Shown one piece after another: positions 55,119 to 64,000 of a stretch of 64,000 bases of DNA. The first letter of the stretch is position 1; every line of letters starts with the position of its first letter. The notes under the pieces are model-generated. The model was not told the DNA's origin, did not search any database, and was given only the letters and a program-made list of their open reading frames with translations. The position numbers and the translations under genes are program-made. The DNA is from Gemmatimonadetes bacterium bin94 (GTDB lineage: Bacteria; Gemmatimonadota; Gemmatimonadetes; Longimicrobiales; Gaopeijiaceae). The stretch is taken from positions 22,937-86,936 of the forward strand of contig MPNE01000012.1 in NCBI GenBank assembly GCA_002238865.1. The letters are read 5' to 3'.

Positions 55119-55298
55119 CTATGCGTCCCTGTCGTCAACGTCTCCGGAATCGTCTTCGCGCCCCGCTCGGAGCGATCCCTTGAAGTTGCGAATCCCGGAG
55201 CCCAATCCCTTTGCGATCTGCGGCAGGCGCTTTGCGCCGAAGAAGAATGCGAGAATCAACAGCACGAAGAGGAGTTCTCGGATGCCTAGGCCAGGCAC
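55119..55298 (-). CDS. tatA: Twin-arginine translocase subunit TatA/E
   Basis: Not in the ORF track, because it is 59 aa. GTG 55298 is preceded by AAGGAGG. My own translation is (M)PGLGIRELLFVLLILAFFFGAKRLPQIAKGLGSGIRNFKGSLRAGREDDSGDVDDRDA, the canonical TatA layout. Confidence 0.8.
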   Translation of the reverse strand: MPGLGIRELLFVLLILAFFFGAKRLPQIAKGLGSGIRNFKGSLRAGREDDSGDVDDRDA

Positions 55299-55406
55299 GG
55301 CGCCTCCTTGCGCGGGCCCGCGCCCGCCGAAGCCACGGAAAGGACGCTTGCAACCAGCAGGCCGCCGGATCCGGAGCCGGTCGCCCCGATCGGGCCCGAG
55401 GCTGCC

Positions 55407-56570
55407 CTACCCACGGAGCAGGTCCTTTGCGATGGTCTGAAGTTGCATGTTGCTGGTTCCTTCGTAGATCGTGCCGATCTTCGCGTCGCGGTAGTATTTC
55501 TCCACGGGGTACTCCCGGGTGAAGCCGTAGCCCCCATGCAGATCGATGCAGATGGAAGATACCTCCTGAGCCATCCGCGACGCGAACAGCTTGGCCATGG
55601 CGCCCTCCCGGAGGAACCGCGAGCCCTGATCCTTCAGGCGGGCGGCGTTGTACACCATGAGCCGGGCCGCCTCGATCTCGGTGGCGATCTCGGCGAGCTG
55701 AAACTGCACCGCCTGGAACTCCGCGATGGGCCGGCCGAACTGCTCCCGCTCCTGCACGTACTTCGCCGTGTGATCGAAGGCCCCCTGGGCAAGCCCCACC
55801 ATCTGCGCGCCGATCCCGATCCGTCCTTCGTTCAGGGTCTCGATCGCGACCTTGTAGCCCTGGCCGGGCTCCCCCAGCACGTTTTCGCGGGGCACGCGCA
55901 CATCGTCGAGCACCAGTTCGGTGGTCGACGAAGCGCGGATCCCGAGCTTGTCTTCCTTCTTCCCGACCGAGAAGCCGGGCATGTCCCGCTCGACGATGAA
56001 GGCGGTGATTCCCTTGTAGCCCATCTCGGGCTCGACGTTGGCGAAGATGATGAAGAGTCCTGCCTCGGCGCCGCTGGTGATCCACATCTTGCGCCCGTTG
56101 AGGACCCAGTCACTCCCGTCGCGGACGGCCCGCGAAGCGAGAGCGAAGGCGTCGGAGCCGCTGCCGGCCTCCGAGAGCGCGTAGGCACCGACGGTACCCG
56201 AGGCCAGCGGAGGAAGGTGACGGCTCAGTTGCTCCGGCGTGCCCCAACTGAGAAGGGCATTGTTGACCAGGGTGTTCTGGACATCGACCAGCACCCCCAC
56301 AGAGGGGTCTACTCGCGACAGTTCCTCCACCACCAGCACCGCGGTAAAGAACGAGCCCGCGGTACCCCCGAAGTGCTCGGGGATTTCCATTCCCATGAAG
56401 CCGAGTTCGAACAGGAGGGAGATGAGATCGGAATCGATGTGCCTGGCCGCTTCCATGCGGGATACGCGGGGTGCCACCTCCGACTCCGCGAAATCGCGGG
56501 CGGCCTCGCGAAACATGGCCTCGTCCTCGGTGAGCGCGGTCAGCGCTGGCGGATGGGTCAGCGTCGTCAT
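55407..56570 (-). CDS. Acyl-CoA dehydrogenase (short/branched-chain type)
   Basis: ATG 56570 with a GGAGAGGGG Shine-Dalgarno motif. Motifs: YALSEAGSGSDA, MWITSG, GIRASSTTEL, QFGRPIAEFQAVQFQLAE and YEGTSNMQ. Confidence 0.9.
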   Translation of the reverse strand: MTTLTHPPALTALTEDEAMFREAARDFAESEVAPRVSRMEAARHIDSDLISLLFELGFMGMEIPEHFGGTAGSFFTAVLVVEELSRVDPSVGVLVDVQNTLVNNALLSWGTPEQLSRHLPPLASGTVGAYALSEAGSGSDAFALASRAVRDGSDWVLNGRKMWITSGAEAGLFIIFANVEPEMGYKGITAFIVERDMPGFSVGKKEDKLGIRASSTTELVLDDVRVPRENVLGEPGQGYKVAIETLNEGRIGIGAQMVGLAQGAFDHTAKYVQEREQFGRPIAEFQAVQFQLAEIATEIEAARLMVYNAARLKDQGSRFLREGAMAKLFASRMAQEVSSICIDLHGGYGFTREYPVEKYYRDAKIGTIYEGTSNMQLQTIAKDLLRG

Positions 56571-56773
56571 CCCCTCTCCAAAGTCGGGGTCGCCAATGGG
56601 CGGTGCCGGGCTATGGCCCCGAGCATATCGAATCACTCAAAGCATGATAATCTAACTCGGGGCCAATCGTTCCGCATTGCAGCGAGCGGGCGCAGCCTTG
56701 ACGCCTTCGCCTCCTCCGGCTTTTTTTCTGGCGCCCACAACCGGTTGAGACCGATCCTACAGCGGAGACGGCA

Positions 56774-57163
56774 ATGTCCGAGATTCCCGAGGGACTCTGG
56801 TACACCACGGAGCACGAATACCTGCGAGAGTCCGACGAGACCAACGTTTACTATGTCGGGATTACCGACTATGCCCAGGGTGAATTGGGTGACGTGGTCT
56901 ACGTGGAGCTTCCCGAACCGGGGGAATCGTTCGCGCCCATGGAGACATTCGGCACCATCGAAGCGGTGAAAGCCGTGAGCGATCTGTTTTGCCCTCTGGC
57001 CGGTGAGATCGTCGGCGTGAACGAGGCGCTTGACGACGATCCGGAACTCGTCAATACGGACCCTTACGGCGAGGGATGGATGATCCGCCTGCGCCCCGAC
57101 GACGCCGAGGAAGTGGACATGCTGATGGACGGTGCCAGCTATGGAGCGCACATCGGCGAATAG
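56774..57163 (+). CDS. gcvH: Glycine cleavage system H protein
   Basis: It is 129 aa. Motifs: YTTEHEY, GITDYAQGELGDVVYVELP, the lipoyl-lysine context EAVKAVSD, and DPYGEGWM. Confidence 0.9.
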   Translation: MSEIPEGLWYTTEHEYLRESDETNVYYVGITDYAQGELGDVVYVELPEPGESFAPMETFGTIEAVKAVSDLFCPLAGEIVGVNEALDDDPELVNTDPYGEGWMIRLRPDDAEEVDMLMDGASYGAHIGE

Positions 57164-57197
57164 AGAGGCCGGAAGTCCTCGCGGAGTCTGACAGCCC

Positions 57198-60083
57198 ATG
57201 CCCACCCCAATCAATCACGCGCCCGACTTCGCCACCAGGCATCTGGGCCCCACGCCTGACGACGTCGCCGAAATGCTCGATGTCGTGGGTTGCGAGAGCA
57301 TCGACCACCTCATGGGCGAGACCGTTCCGGATCCGATCCGGTTCCAGGGACCGCTTCGTATTCCCGAGGGCGTCCCGGAAGCGGAGTTGCTTGCACGGGT
57401 CCGCGAGATCGCTTCGGCGAATGAGGTCTGGCGAAGCTACCTGGGGATGGGGTATTCGGGAACGATCACGCCTGGGGTAATCCAGCGGAACATCCTGGAG
57501 AACCCGGGCTGGTACACCCAGTACACACCCTATCAGGCCGAGATCGCACAGGGTCGCCTGGAGGCGCTCCTCAACTTCCAGACAGCAGTCATCGACCTGA
57601 CCGGACTTGAGATCGCCAACGCGTCGCTACTGGACGAGGGAACGGCGGCGGCCGAGGCCATGTCCATGCTTTTCGGCCAGGGACGGAAGCGCCGGGGACA
57701 CGTCTTCCTGGTGGCCGAGGACTGTCACCCGCAGACGATTGCGGTCGTGCGGACCCGCGCGGAACCCCTCGGGATCACGGTTCGCGTGGGGCCGAGCCGG
57801 GACTTCGCCTTTGACGAGTCCGTCTTCGGGGTGCTCGTGCAATACCCGGCAACGGACGGCGGCGTACACGACTACCGGGACCTTTGCAAGGCCGCCCACG
57901 CCGCAAACAGCCACGTAGTCGTGGCCGCGGACCTCCTGGCGCTCGTCGTGCTCACTCCGCCGGGAGAATTCGGCGCTGACGTGGCCGTTGGGAACACTCA
58001 GAGATTTGGTGTCCCGATGGGCTATGGCGGCCCTCACGCCGCCTACATTTCCTGCCGGGAAGAGTTCAAACGGCAGCTTCCCGGGAGGATTATCGGGGTC
58101 GCGGTCGATGCGCACGGGGAGCCGGCGCTGAGAATGGCCCTGCAGACCCGCGAACAGCATATCAGGCGCGAGCGGGCGACCTCCAATATCTGCACGGCGC
58201 AGGTGCTTCTGGCCGTGATGGCGGGAATGTACGCGGTGTACCACGGGCCGGAGGGGCTCGCGCGCATCGCCGGCCGCGTCCGCAAGCAGACCGCGACCCT
58301 CGCGCGTGGCCTGGAGGCGGCGGGCCACGAGATGGTTCACCGGGACTTCTTCGACACCCTCCGGGTGCGGCCGGCCAAGGGGGCCGAGGCCGTTCTCGCG
58401 GCCGCGAAGGAGGCGCGCATCAATCTGCGTGACTTCGGTGACGGAACGATCGGCGTCGCTCTCGACGAGACCGTGACGCCGGCCGACCTCGACGATCTCC
58501 TGGCCGTGTTCGGTGCCGGAGGTTCAGCCACCGGGCTGGCGGCTTCGTTCGAGCCCGCAAGCTATCCGGCCGACATTGTGCGCTGCAGTCCGTTCCTCAC
58601 CCATCCGGTCTTCAATTCGTACCACTCGGAGACCGAGATGCTGCGGTACATCCACCGGCTGGAGTCGCGCGACCTCTCGCTCAACACGAGCATGATCGCC
58701 CTCGGCTCGTGCACCATGAAGCTCAACGCCACCACCCAGATGACGCCGGTGACGTGGCCCGAGTTCGGGGGGCTCCACCCCTTTGCCCCCGTGGAGCAGG
58801 CCAGGGGCTATGCGCGAATCATGGCCGATCTGGAGGGTTGGCTTGCCGAAATCACCGGGTTGCCGGCGGTCTCGCTTCAGCCGAACTCGGGGGCACAGGG
58901 GGAATACACGGGGCTCCTGGTGATCCGGGCGCGCCACCGCGCGCTCGGTGACCTGCACCGCAACATCTGTCTGATCCCGTCTTCCGCACACGGAACCAAC
59001 CCCGCGAGCGCGGTGCTGGCGGGGATGAAGGTGATCGTCGTCCGCTGTGACAATCGCGGCAACGTGGACGTGGCGGACCTGGAGGCGAAGGCTGTCCGGC
59101 ACGCCGAGCGGCTGGCGGCCGTCATGGTCACGTATCCGTCGACCCACGGCATCTTCGAGGAGGAGATCCGCAACATCTGCGACATCGTCCACCGCAACGG
59201 CGGCTACGTGTACCTCGACGGCGCCAACCTCAACGCGCAGGTGGGGCTTTGCCGCCCCGGCGACTACGGCGCGGACGTCATTCACATCAACCTGCACAAG
59301 ACCTTCGCAATCCCGCACGGCGGCGGCGGTCCCGGCATGGGCCCGATCTGCACGACCGCCGAACTGGCCCCCCACCTGCCCGGCCACCCCGTCGTGCCCG
59401 TCGGCGGGCAGGCCGCGATAGGGGCGGTCGCGTCGGCGCCCTGGGGGAGCGCGAGCATCCTGCTCATCTCCTGGGCGTACATTGCGCTGCTCGGGCGGGA
59501 CGGCGTCACCGACGCGACCAGGACCGCGATTCTCAACGCCAACTACATGGCGATGCGTCTGGAGGACCACTTCGACATCCTCTACTGGTGGGGAAGCGGG
59601 AGCGGCCGGGTGGCACACGAGTTCATCATCGATCTTCGCCCGCTCAAGAAGGCGACCGGCATCACCGAGGAGGATGTGGCCAAGCGTCTCATGGACTACG
59701 GCTTCCACGCGCCGACGATGGCGTTTCCGGTCCCGGGGACGATCATGATCGAGCCCACCGAGAGCGAATCCAGGGCGGAACTGGACCGGTTCTGCCAGGC
59801 CCTGATCTCGATTCGGGCCGAGATCGAACAGGTCGAACTGGGACTCCAGGACCGGACCGACAATGTCCTCAAGAACGCGCCGCACACGGCCCGGGTGGTG
59901 ACCGCGGACGCCTGGGACCACGGCTATACGCGCGCGCAGGCCTCGTTCCCCGCGCCGTGGCTGAGGGAGCACAAATTCTGGCCCCATGTCGGGCGCGTGA
60001 ACAACGCCTGGGGCGACAGGAACCTCATCTGTGCCTGTCCGCCCATCGAAGCGTACCAGACCCCGGAGGCGGCCCGCCGATGA
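57198..60083 (+). CDS. gcvP: Glycine dehydrogenase (decarboxylating), single-chain P protein
   Basis: It is 961 aa. Motifs: [39 protein letters not shown] (PLP-lysine context) and [10 protein letters not shown]. Confidence 0.95.
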   Translation: MPTPINHAPDFATRHLGPTPDDVAEMLDVVGCESIDHLMGETVPDPIRFQGPLRIPEGVPEAELLARVREIASANEVWRSYLGMGYSGTITPGVIQRNILENPGWYTQYTPYQAEIAQGRLEALLNFQTAVIDLTGLEIANASLLDEGTAAAEAMSMLFGQGRKRRGHVFLVAEDCHPQTIAVVRTRAEPLGITVRVGPSRDFAFDESVFGVLVQYPATDGGVHDYRDLCKAAHAANSHVVVAADLLALVVLTPPGEFGADVAVGNTQRFGVPMGYGGPHAAYISCREEFKRQLPGRIIGVAVDAHGEPALRMALQTREQHIRRERATSNICTAQVLLAVMAGMYAVYHGPEGLARIAGRVRKQTATLARGLEAAGHEMVHRDFFDTLRVRPAKGAEAVLAAAKEARINLRDFGDGTIGVALDETVTPADLDDLLAVFGAGGSATGLAASFEPASYPADIVRCSPFLTHPVFNSYHSETEMLRYIHRLESRDLSLNTSMIALGSCTMKLNATTQMTPVTWPEFGGLHPFAPVEQARGYARIMADLEGWLAEITGLPAVSLQPNSGAQGEYTGLLVIRARHRALGDLHRNICLIPSSAHGTNPASAVLAGMKVIVVRCDNRGNVDVADLEAKAVRHAERLAAVMVTYPSTHGIFEEEIRNICDIVHRNGGYVYLDGANLNAQVGLCRPGDYGADVIHINLHKTFAIPHGGGGPGMGPICTTAELAPHLPGHPVVPVGGQAAIGAVASAPWGSASILLISWAYIALLGRDGVTDATRTAILNANYMAMRLEDHFDILYWWGSGSGRVAHEFIIDLRPLKKATGITEEDVAKRLMDYGFHAPTMAFPVPGTIMIEPTESESRAELDRFCQALISIRAEIEQVELGLQDRTDNVLKNAPHTARVVTADAWDHGYTRAQASFPAPWLREHKFWPHVGRVNNAWGDRNLICACPPIEAYQTPEAARR

Positions 60084-60132
60084 GGCGGCCCCCGTCCGCA
60101 TACACCCTCGATATTCCGCGGGAGGCGAACCC

Positions 60133-60819
60133 TTGGCGAAGCTGACATTCCACGGCCAGTCCACCTTCACCGTCGACATGGACGACGGGACCCGCCTGGT
60201 GATCGATCCATTTTTCGACGACAACCCCGTCGCGGACATCAAGCGCGCGGAGGCCGGTGCCGTCGACTACATTCTCTGCACGCACGGCCACTACGACCAC
60301 TTCGTCGACGCCATTCCGCTGGCCCGGGAGACGGACGCCACCCTGGTGTCCACCTTCGAGATCGTCTCGTTCGCCGAGACCCAGGGAATCACCAAGGGGC
60401 ACCCGCTTCACATCGGCGGCGGCTACGACTTCCCCTTCGGCCGTGCGAAGATGACCGCGGCGCTCCACGGGGGGCAGGTTCACGGCGACACCACGGGGCA
60501 GTTCACGACCGTTCCCGGAGGGTTCCTTCTGCACCTCGACGGCAAGCGGATCTACCACGCGGGGGACACGGCCCTGCTCATGGACATGCAACTCCTCCGC
60601 GGGAAGGTGGACGTGGCGATCCTGCCCATCGGCGACAACTTCACCATGGGACCGGAGGATGCGGCCGAGGCCGTCGGCTTCATCGATCCGGAGGTGGTGA
60701 TCCCGATGCACTACAACACGTGGCCCGTGATCGAGCAGGATCCCGAGAGGTTCCGTGACCTGGTGGGTGACCGCGCAAGAGTTGAAGTCATGAACCCGGG
60801 AGACGTGTTTGCTCCCTGA
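60133..60819 (+). CDS. UPF0173-type metal-dependent hydrolase (metallo-beta-lactamase fold)
   Basis: TTG 60133 is preceded by GGAGG. Motifs: LTFHGQSTF, ILCTHGHYDH, AILPIGDNFTMG and IPMHYNTWP. Confidence 0.75.
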   Translation: MAKLTFHGQSTFTVDMDDGTRLVIDPFFDDNPVADIKRAEAGAVDYILCTHGHYDHFVDAIPLARETDATLVSTFEIVSFAETQGITKGHPLHIGGGYDFPFGRAKMTAALHGGQVHGDTTGQFTTVPGGFLLHLDGKRIYHAGDTALLMDMQLLRGKVDVAILPIGDNFTMGPEDAAEAVGFIDPEVVIPMHYNTWPVIEQDPERFRDLVGDRARVEVMNPGDVFAP

Positions 60820-61609
60820 ACGGGGCCCTGCCAGCGCCCCCTCCGCGAACGGCTCAGGCTCGCTGACGTGGCGGGTCATCGTCGACGAGGCGCTCCCCGG
60901 GTCGGCGAACATGGCTCGCGACCACGCGCTCGCCGCCTGCGTGCGTCCCGGCGCCGGGAGCGTGCGCTTCTACCAGTGGGCTCCGGCGACGCTGTCGTTC
61001 GGCCGAAACGAGCCGGTCACGGTGGGTTACCGTGAACTCCTGCGCCGGCATCCCTTGATGGGTGTGGTGCGTCGGCCGACCGGCGGGCGCGCGGTCATCC
61101 ACGACGGCGAACTGACCTACTCGATCGCGGCGCCGGTCCGCACCTTCGGGGCCCTGCGGCTGGCCTACCGGAAGATCAACGAGGGCTTGATGGAAGGGCT
61201 GCGCCGACTTGGCGTCGACGCGACGGGGGCGACCGGCCGGTCTCTTCCGCCCGATGCCGGGCCGTGCTTTCTGGAGCCCGCGGAGGGTGAGGTGGTGGTT
61301 GCCGGGCGCAAGCTGGTCGGAAGCGCGCAGGCGCGGATAGGTGGAGCGCTGCTGCAGCATGGTTCGCTCCTCCTGACCGCCGACCAGGAGGCGCTCTTCC
61401 CCGGGGCGCCCCCCGTCGGGCCCGTGACTCTCGCCGAGGTGCTGGGCGACATACCGCCGTGGGAGCATCTCGTCGAAGCCTTCAATGCCGGGTTTTCGAG
61501 TGTGTTCGGCGGGAAGTGGGTCCGCTCCGCGCTGACCGAACGTGAGGCTGCCCTAGCGGCAGAACTTGAAAAGCGGTACGGTTCGCAGGGTTGGACCTGG
61601 CGGCGGTGA
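60809..61609 (+). CDS. Lipoate-protein ligase / octanoyltransferase family (LplA/LipM-like) protein
   Basis: Motifs: NMARDHAL, VRFYQWAPATLSFGRNE, VRRPTGGRAVIHDGELTYS and GRKLVGSAQ. The start is uncertain (TTG 60809). Confidence 0.7.
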   Translation: MLPERGPASAPSANGSGSLTWRVIVDEALPGSANMARDHALAACVRPGAGSVRFYQWAPATLSFGRNEPVTVGYRELLRRHPLMGVVRRPTGGRAVIHDGELTYSIAAPVRTFGALRLAYRKINEGLMEGLRRLGVDATGATGRSLPPDAGPCFLEPAEGEVVVAGRKLVGSAQARIGGALLQHGSLLLTADQEALFPGAPPVGPVTLAEVLGDIPPWEHLVEAFNAGFSSVFGGKWVRSALTEREAALAAELEKRYGSQGWTWRR

Positions 61610-61675
61610 CGAGTCTTCGGCGCGGCTTCCGCGCCAGTCCGGAGGCATCGGTCGGACCCGTGCGTGCGAAAAGAT

Positions 61676-61704
61676 TTGACAGCCCCGCATTCGGGGTACA
61701 TAAT
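61676..61704 (+). promoter_or_regulatory. Near-consensus sigma70-type promoter
   Basis: TTGACA (61676..61681), a 17-nt spacer, then CATAAT (61699..61704). It is followed by a ~100-nt leader with two hairpins: cgggcc-ttcg-ggcccg (61721..61736) and cgcgct-ggag-agcgcg (61752..61767). Confidence 0.5.
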
Positions 61705-61812
61705 GGCAAGCCTTGCAGAACGGGCCTTCGGGCCCGAGACTCCATTGTCGTCGCGCTGGAGAGCGCGGCGCCCTCCGTCCACTAACAGAGCACCAAAAAG
61801 CGGGAGGAACCG

Positions 61813-62514
61813 TTGGCCACCTTGATGACCATCTTCGACGCACTTCAGCTTCCCGAGCTGGAAGTAGATCTCACCTTCTCCGAATGGATGGCACAGATTT
61901 GGGTCGATGCCGGCATCATGCGCTGGCCGCTCGGTGCCTGTGTCGCGATCGGGGCCGTGGTGATCATCTGGAAGTTCTTCGACGTCTTCATGAAGAGCAC
62001 TGCCACGAGGAAGATCCTCCGGGAGGTGGACGAACTCCTGGCGCAGAGCCAGCTTAAGGATGCCCTGGAGCTGACGCGCGAATCCAACGCGCCGGCCGCC
62101 AATATCCTCCACGCCGGCCTCGAGCGGAGTGACGAGGGCACCGACCGCGTGATGAAGGCCATCGAGAACCAGGGGCTCATCGAGCTTTCCAAGCTGGAGA
62201 GCGGGCTGGTCATCCTCGCCACCCTGACCAATGTGGCCCCGCTCCTCGGATTCCTCGGGACGGTGATGGGCATGATCGAAGCCTTCCAGGCGATTGAGCT
62301 TGCGGGCGAGGTGGATGCGACCACGGTTGCGGGCGGGATCAAGATCGCCCTCACGACGACGGCGGCAGGTCTCGCGATCGCGATTCCGGTGAGCATCGCG
62401 CACAACTACTTCGTTTCGAGGATCGACAGCCTCGTCATCGACATGGAGGAGTCGGCGCAGAAGATGATCGACGCCGTCTTCTCGATGCAGGTGGGCCGGG
62501 CGGCCGGGGACTGA
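61813..62514 (+). CDS. MotA/TolQ/ExbB proton-channel family protein
   Basis: Three TM segments, with the family motif LATLTNVAPLLGFLGTVMGMIEAF...GIKIALTTTAAGLAIAIP. Confidence 0.8.
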   Translation: MATLMTIFDALQLPELEVDLTFSEWMAQIWVDAGIMRWPLGACVAIGAVVIIWKFFDVFMKSTATRKILREVDELLAQSQLKDALELTRESNAPAANILHAGLERSDEGTDRVMKAIENQGLIELSKLESGLVILATLTNVAPLLGFLGTVMGMIEAFQAIELAGEVDATTVAGGIKIALTTTAAGLAIAIPVSIAHNYFVSRIDSLVIDMEESAQKMIDAVFSMQVGRAAGD

Positions 62515-62544
62515 TCCCCGCAGGCTCGACAGGCTGACAGAGGG

Positions 62545-64000
62545 TTGGAGAAGCCCGGCGCGCTGCTACTGGCAGTCGTCGGGCTCTTCAGCTTCTGGGC
62601 CAACCCCCTCGCCGCACAGACGGACTCCTCGCATCGGCAGGAGTCGGAAGTCCCCGACTCGGTCCGGAGGGATCTTGGTCACGGCCGCTTCTGGAAAGCC
62701 AGCCGGGCTCTTCGCATACACCTGAATCCCGTCGAGTCGGCGTCGCTTCAGGACCGGATGGTGCTGGCCGAAGCCGAAGCCGGATGGAAGAACTGGGAAG
62801 GTGCCGTCGCTGCGCTCTCCGTGGCCGGATCGGATACCGCGGAGGTGCCCGCCCGACTCTGGTACATGCTCGGGGTCGCTCTGCAGGAATCCGGTGACGA
62901 TCAGGAAGCCGCCGGGGCACTGGCCAGGTTCGTGGAGTCGGTCCCCCGGGGTTCGTCGTCCGGGCTGGCGGCACGCTCCCGTCTCTCCCGCGCGTTGGCC
63001 GAGACCGGTGCCGGCGGCGACGCGGTGGCCGCTACGGCAGAGTTGCATGTACGGTCACCTCTGGTGGGGGACTGGACCGCCCTGGAGGTAGCGCGGATAC
63101 TCTCGCCGCGGAGCGAAGCGGAGGCGGTCGGTGAGGTGCTCGCACTCGTTGTCGACCCGTCCATCCGCCGAGCCGGGTGGCGCCTGGAGGTGGACGCGTG
63201 GGCGGCTTCGGGGGACCCGGCCCGGGCGTTGGAAGCGCTTGCCGCGGTGGACCGGACCGGTGACGGGCCGGCTACACCGGCCGCCATCCTCGCCATCGAG
63301 TGGCCATTGAGACTCGCGTTGGGGGACTCGGCGGGGGCGGTGGCCGCGATGGAAGGGCTGCTGCGCCTCACCACCCGGGGGAGCGCGGCCACGAAAGCAG
63401 CGATGGCCCACTGGGAGGTCGCGGTGGACTCGGGGCCCGAGATCCTGCGCCTTGTCGCCGTTGCCATGGGAAGCGGCGGCGAGTTCGGCCACGCGGTCCG
63501 GGCGTGGAGGCTGGCGGAGCGGAGAGGGGCGGTTCTTTCCGAGCGGGAGCGTATGGCACGGGCCCGCGCCTTCAACGGCAGCGGCGACCGGAACGGCGCG
63601 GTCGAGGCGTACAGGGAGCTTTCCGCTTCCGGCGACCCCTCGATCGCGGGGCCCGCCCTTCAGGCCTGGGCCGGCATTCGTACCCGCCAGGGCCGGTACG
63701 CGGACGCCCGTACCCTGCAGAACCGGCTGGTGGAGCGCTTCCCATCCCGTGCCGAGGCGCTGGATGTCGTCTTCTTCCGCGGCGACGATCATCAGGACGC
63801 CGGTCGCCTCGGCGAGGCTGTCTCACACTACCAGAGCGTCGTGTCGATGTCCTCCTCCGCGGACAGAGCCGGGCTCGCCAGAATGCGCTGGGCCCAGATC
63901 CACCTGGCCCGGGGCGAAGTGGAAGCCGCGAGGGAGGTCTTCCGCGCGTATCTGGCCGAGTTTCCCGACGGGCGTCGCTGGGAGGAAGCGAGCTACTGGG
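62545..64000 (+). CDS. Secreted alpha-helical/TPR-like repeat protein, 3' end outside the window (possibly the N-terminal domain of a soluble lytic transglycosylase-like protein)
   Basis: Not in the ORF track, because there is no stop inside the window. My own translation from TTG 62545 gives (M)EKPGALLLAVVGLFSFWANPLAAQ, followed by an uninterrupted Ala/Leu/Arg-rich helical-repeat sequence running to the window end. The functional guess is weak. Confidence 0.5.
   Translation, partial: MEKPGALLLAVVGLFSFWANPLAAQTDSSHRQESEVPDSVRRDLGHGRFWKASRALRIHLNPVESASLQDRMVLAEAEAGWKNWEGAVAALSVAGSDTAEVPARLWYMLGVALQESGDDQEAAGALARFVESVPRGSSSGLAARSRLSRALAETGAGGDAVAATAELHVRSPLVGDWTALEVARILSPRSEAEAVGEVLALVVDPSIRRAGWRLEVDAWAASGDPARALEALAAVDRTGDGPATPAAILAIEWPLRLALGDSAGAVAAMEGLLRLTTRGSAATKAAMAHWEVAVDSGPEILRLVAVAMGSGGEFGHAVRAWRLAERRGAVLSERERMARARAFNGSGDRNGAVEAYRELSASGDPSIAGPALQAWAGIRTRQGRYADARTLQNRLVERFPSRAEALDVVFFRGDDHQDAGRLGEAVSHYQSVVSMSSSADRAGLARMRWAQIHLARGEVEAAREVFRAYLAEFPDGRRWEEASYW

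Noticed and set aside
56637-56773. A possible glycine riboswitch or attenuator upstream of gcvH (there is a T-run at ~56720 and the sequence agcggagacggcaa)
   Set aside because: I could not find the conserved glycine-aptamer cores (GGAGAG ... ACCGAAGGGGCAA ... CAGGCAAAAGGAC type). The resemblance is limited to a few bases, and only an Rfam RF00504 scan could settle it.
1-64000. A search for CRISPR arrays, rRNA/tRNA genes, transposases, integrases, reverse transcriptases and large defence ATPases/nucleases
   Set aside because: I saw no regularly spaced direct repeats, no tRNA-like cloverleaf candidates in the intergenic regions I examined (1971..2183, 5913..6025, 25978..26500, 61610..61812), and no ORF with the corresponding motifs. 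The only repeats are the two-copy 0.6 kb unit, the 51-nt tandem in ypdA and the 18-nt linker repeat.

Overview
This is a high-GC bacterial chromosomal segment (roughly two-thirds G+C by eye), densely coding on both strands, with about 55 supportable genes. I recognised no rRNA, tRNA, CRISPR array, transposase or integrase. The gene content (Alternative Complex III, PD40/TolB-propeller hydrolases, 6-bladed beta-propeller lipoproteins) resembles Gemmatimonadota or FCB-group genomes, but that is inference only.

Layout:
- 0-11.4 kb: two CocE/NonD (S15) peptidases; two copies of a ~0.6 kb dispersed repeat carrying an AraC-type HTH gene, the second copy broken by an 86-nt deletion, each upstream of 6-bladed beta-propeller (lipo)protein genes; and an overlapping RHH antitoxin / PIN toxin / Smr-domain gene trio.
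- 11.4-26 kb: a cluster of secreted hydrolases in which PD40/TolB-like propellers are fused to amidohydrolase (twice), PHP/CehA-like and S9 peptidase domains; two alpha/beta-fold proteins, one apparently lacking catalytic residues; an orphan short RelE/ParE toxin; and a DUF1801 protein.
- 26.0-27.6 kb: a low-GC islet with decayed toxin-antitoxin remnants and one orphan ORF.
- 27.6-40.3 kb: a BNR/Asp-box sortilin-like protein; a YpdA-type flavoprotein carrying an in-frame palindromic tandem insertion; three D-aminoacylase-family amidohydrolases in divergent operons; and a LuxE/LuxC (acyl-protein synthetase / acyl-CoA reductase) pair translationally coupled to one of them.
- 40.3-44.2 kb: an orphan AbrB/SpoVT gene, an ABC-2 exporter and a GATase1.
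- 44.3-51.8 kb: a complete Alternative Complex III operon, actABCDEF.
- 51.8-64 kb: housekeeping genes, namely a serine hydrolase, trmJ-like, MFS, tatA (below the ORF-track cutoff), acyl-CoA dehydrogenase, gcvH-gcvP, UPF0173 hydrolase, lipoate ligase, an orphan ExbB/TolQ and a 3'-truncated TPR-like gene.

The best candidates for something undescribed are:
- the small ORF / D-aminoacylase / LuxE / LuxC operon, which has no luciferase;
- the repeated AraC-HTH plus beta-propeller cassettes;
- the RHH-PIN-Smr trio;
- the intragenic palindromic element in ypdA;
- the low-GC islet.

All functional calls come from reading motifs in the translated ORFs. No database search was run.
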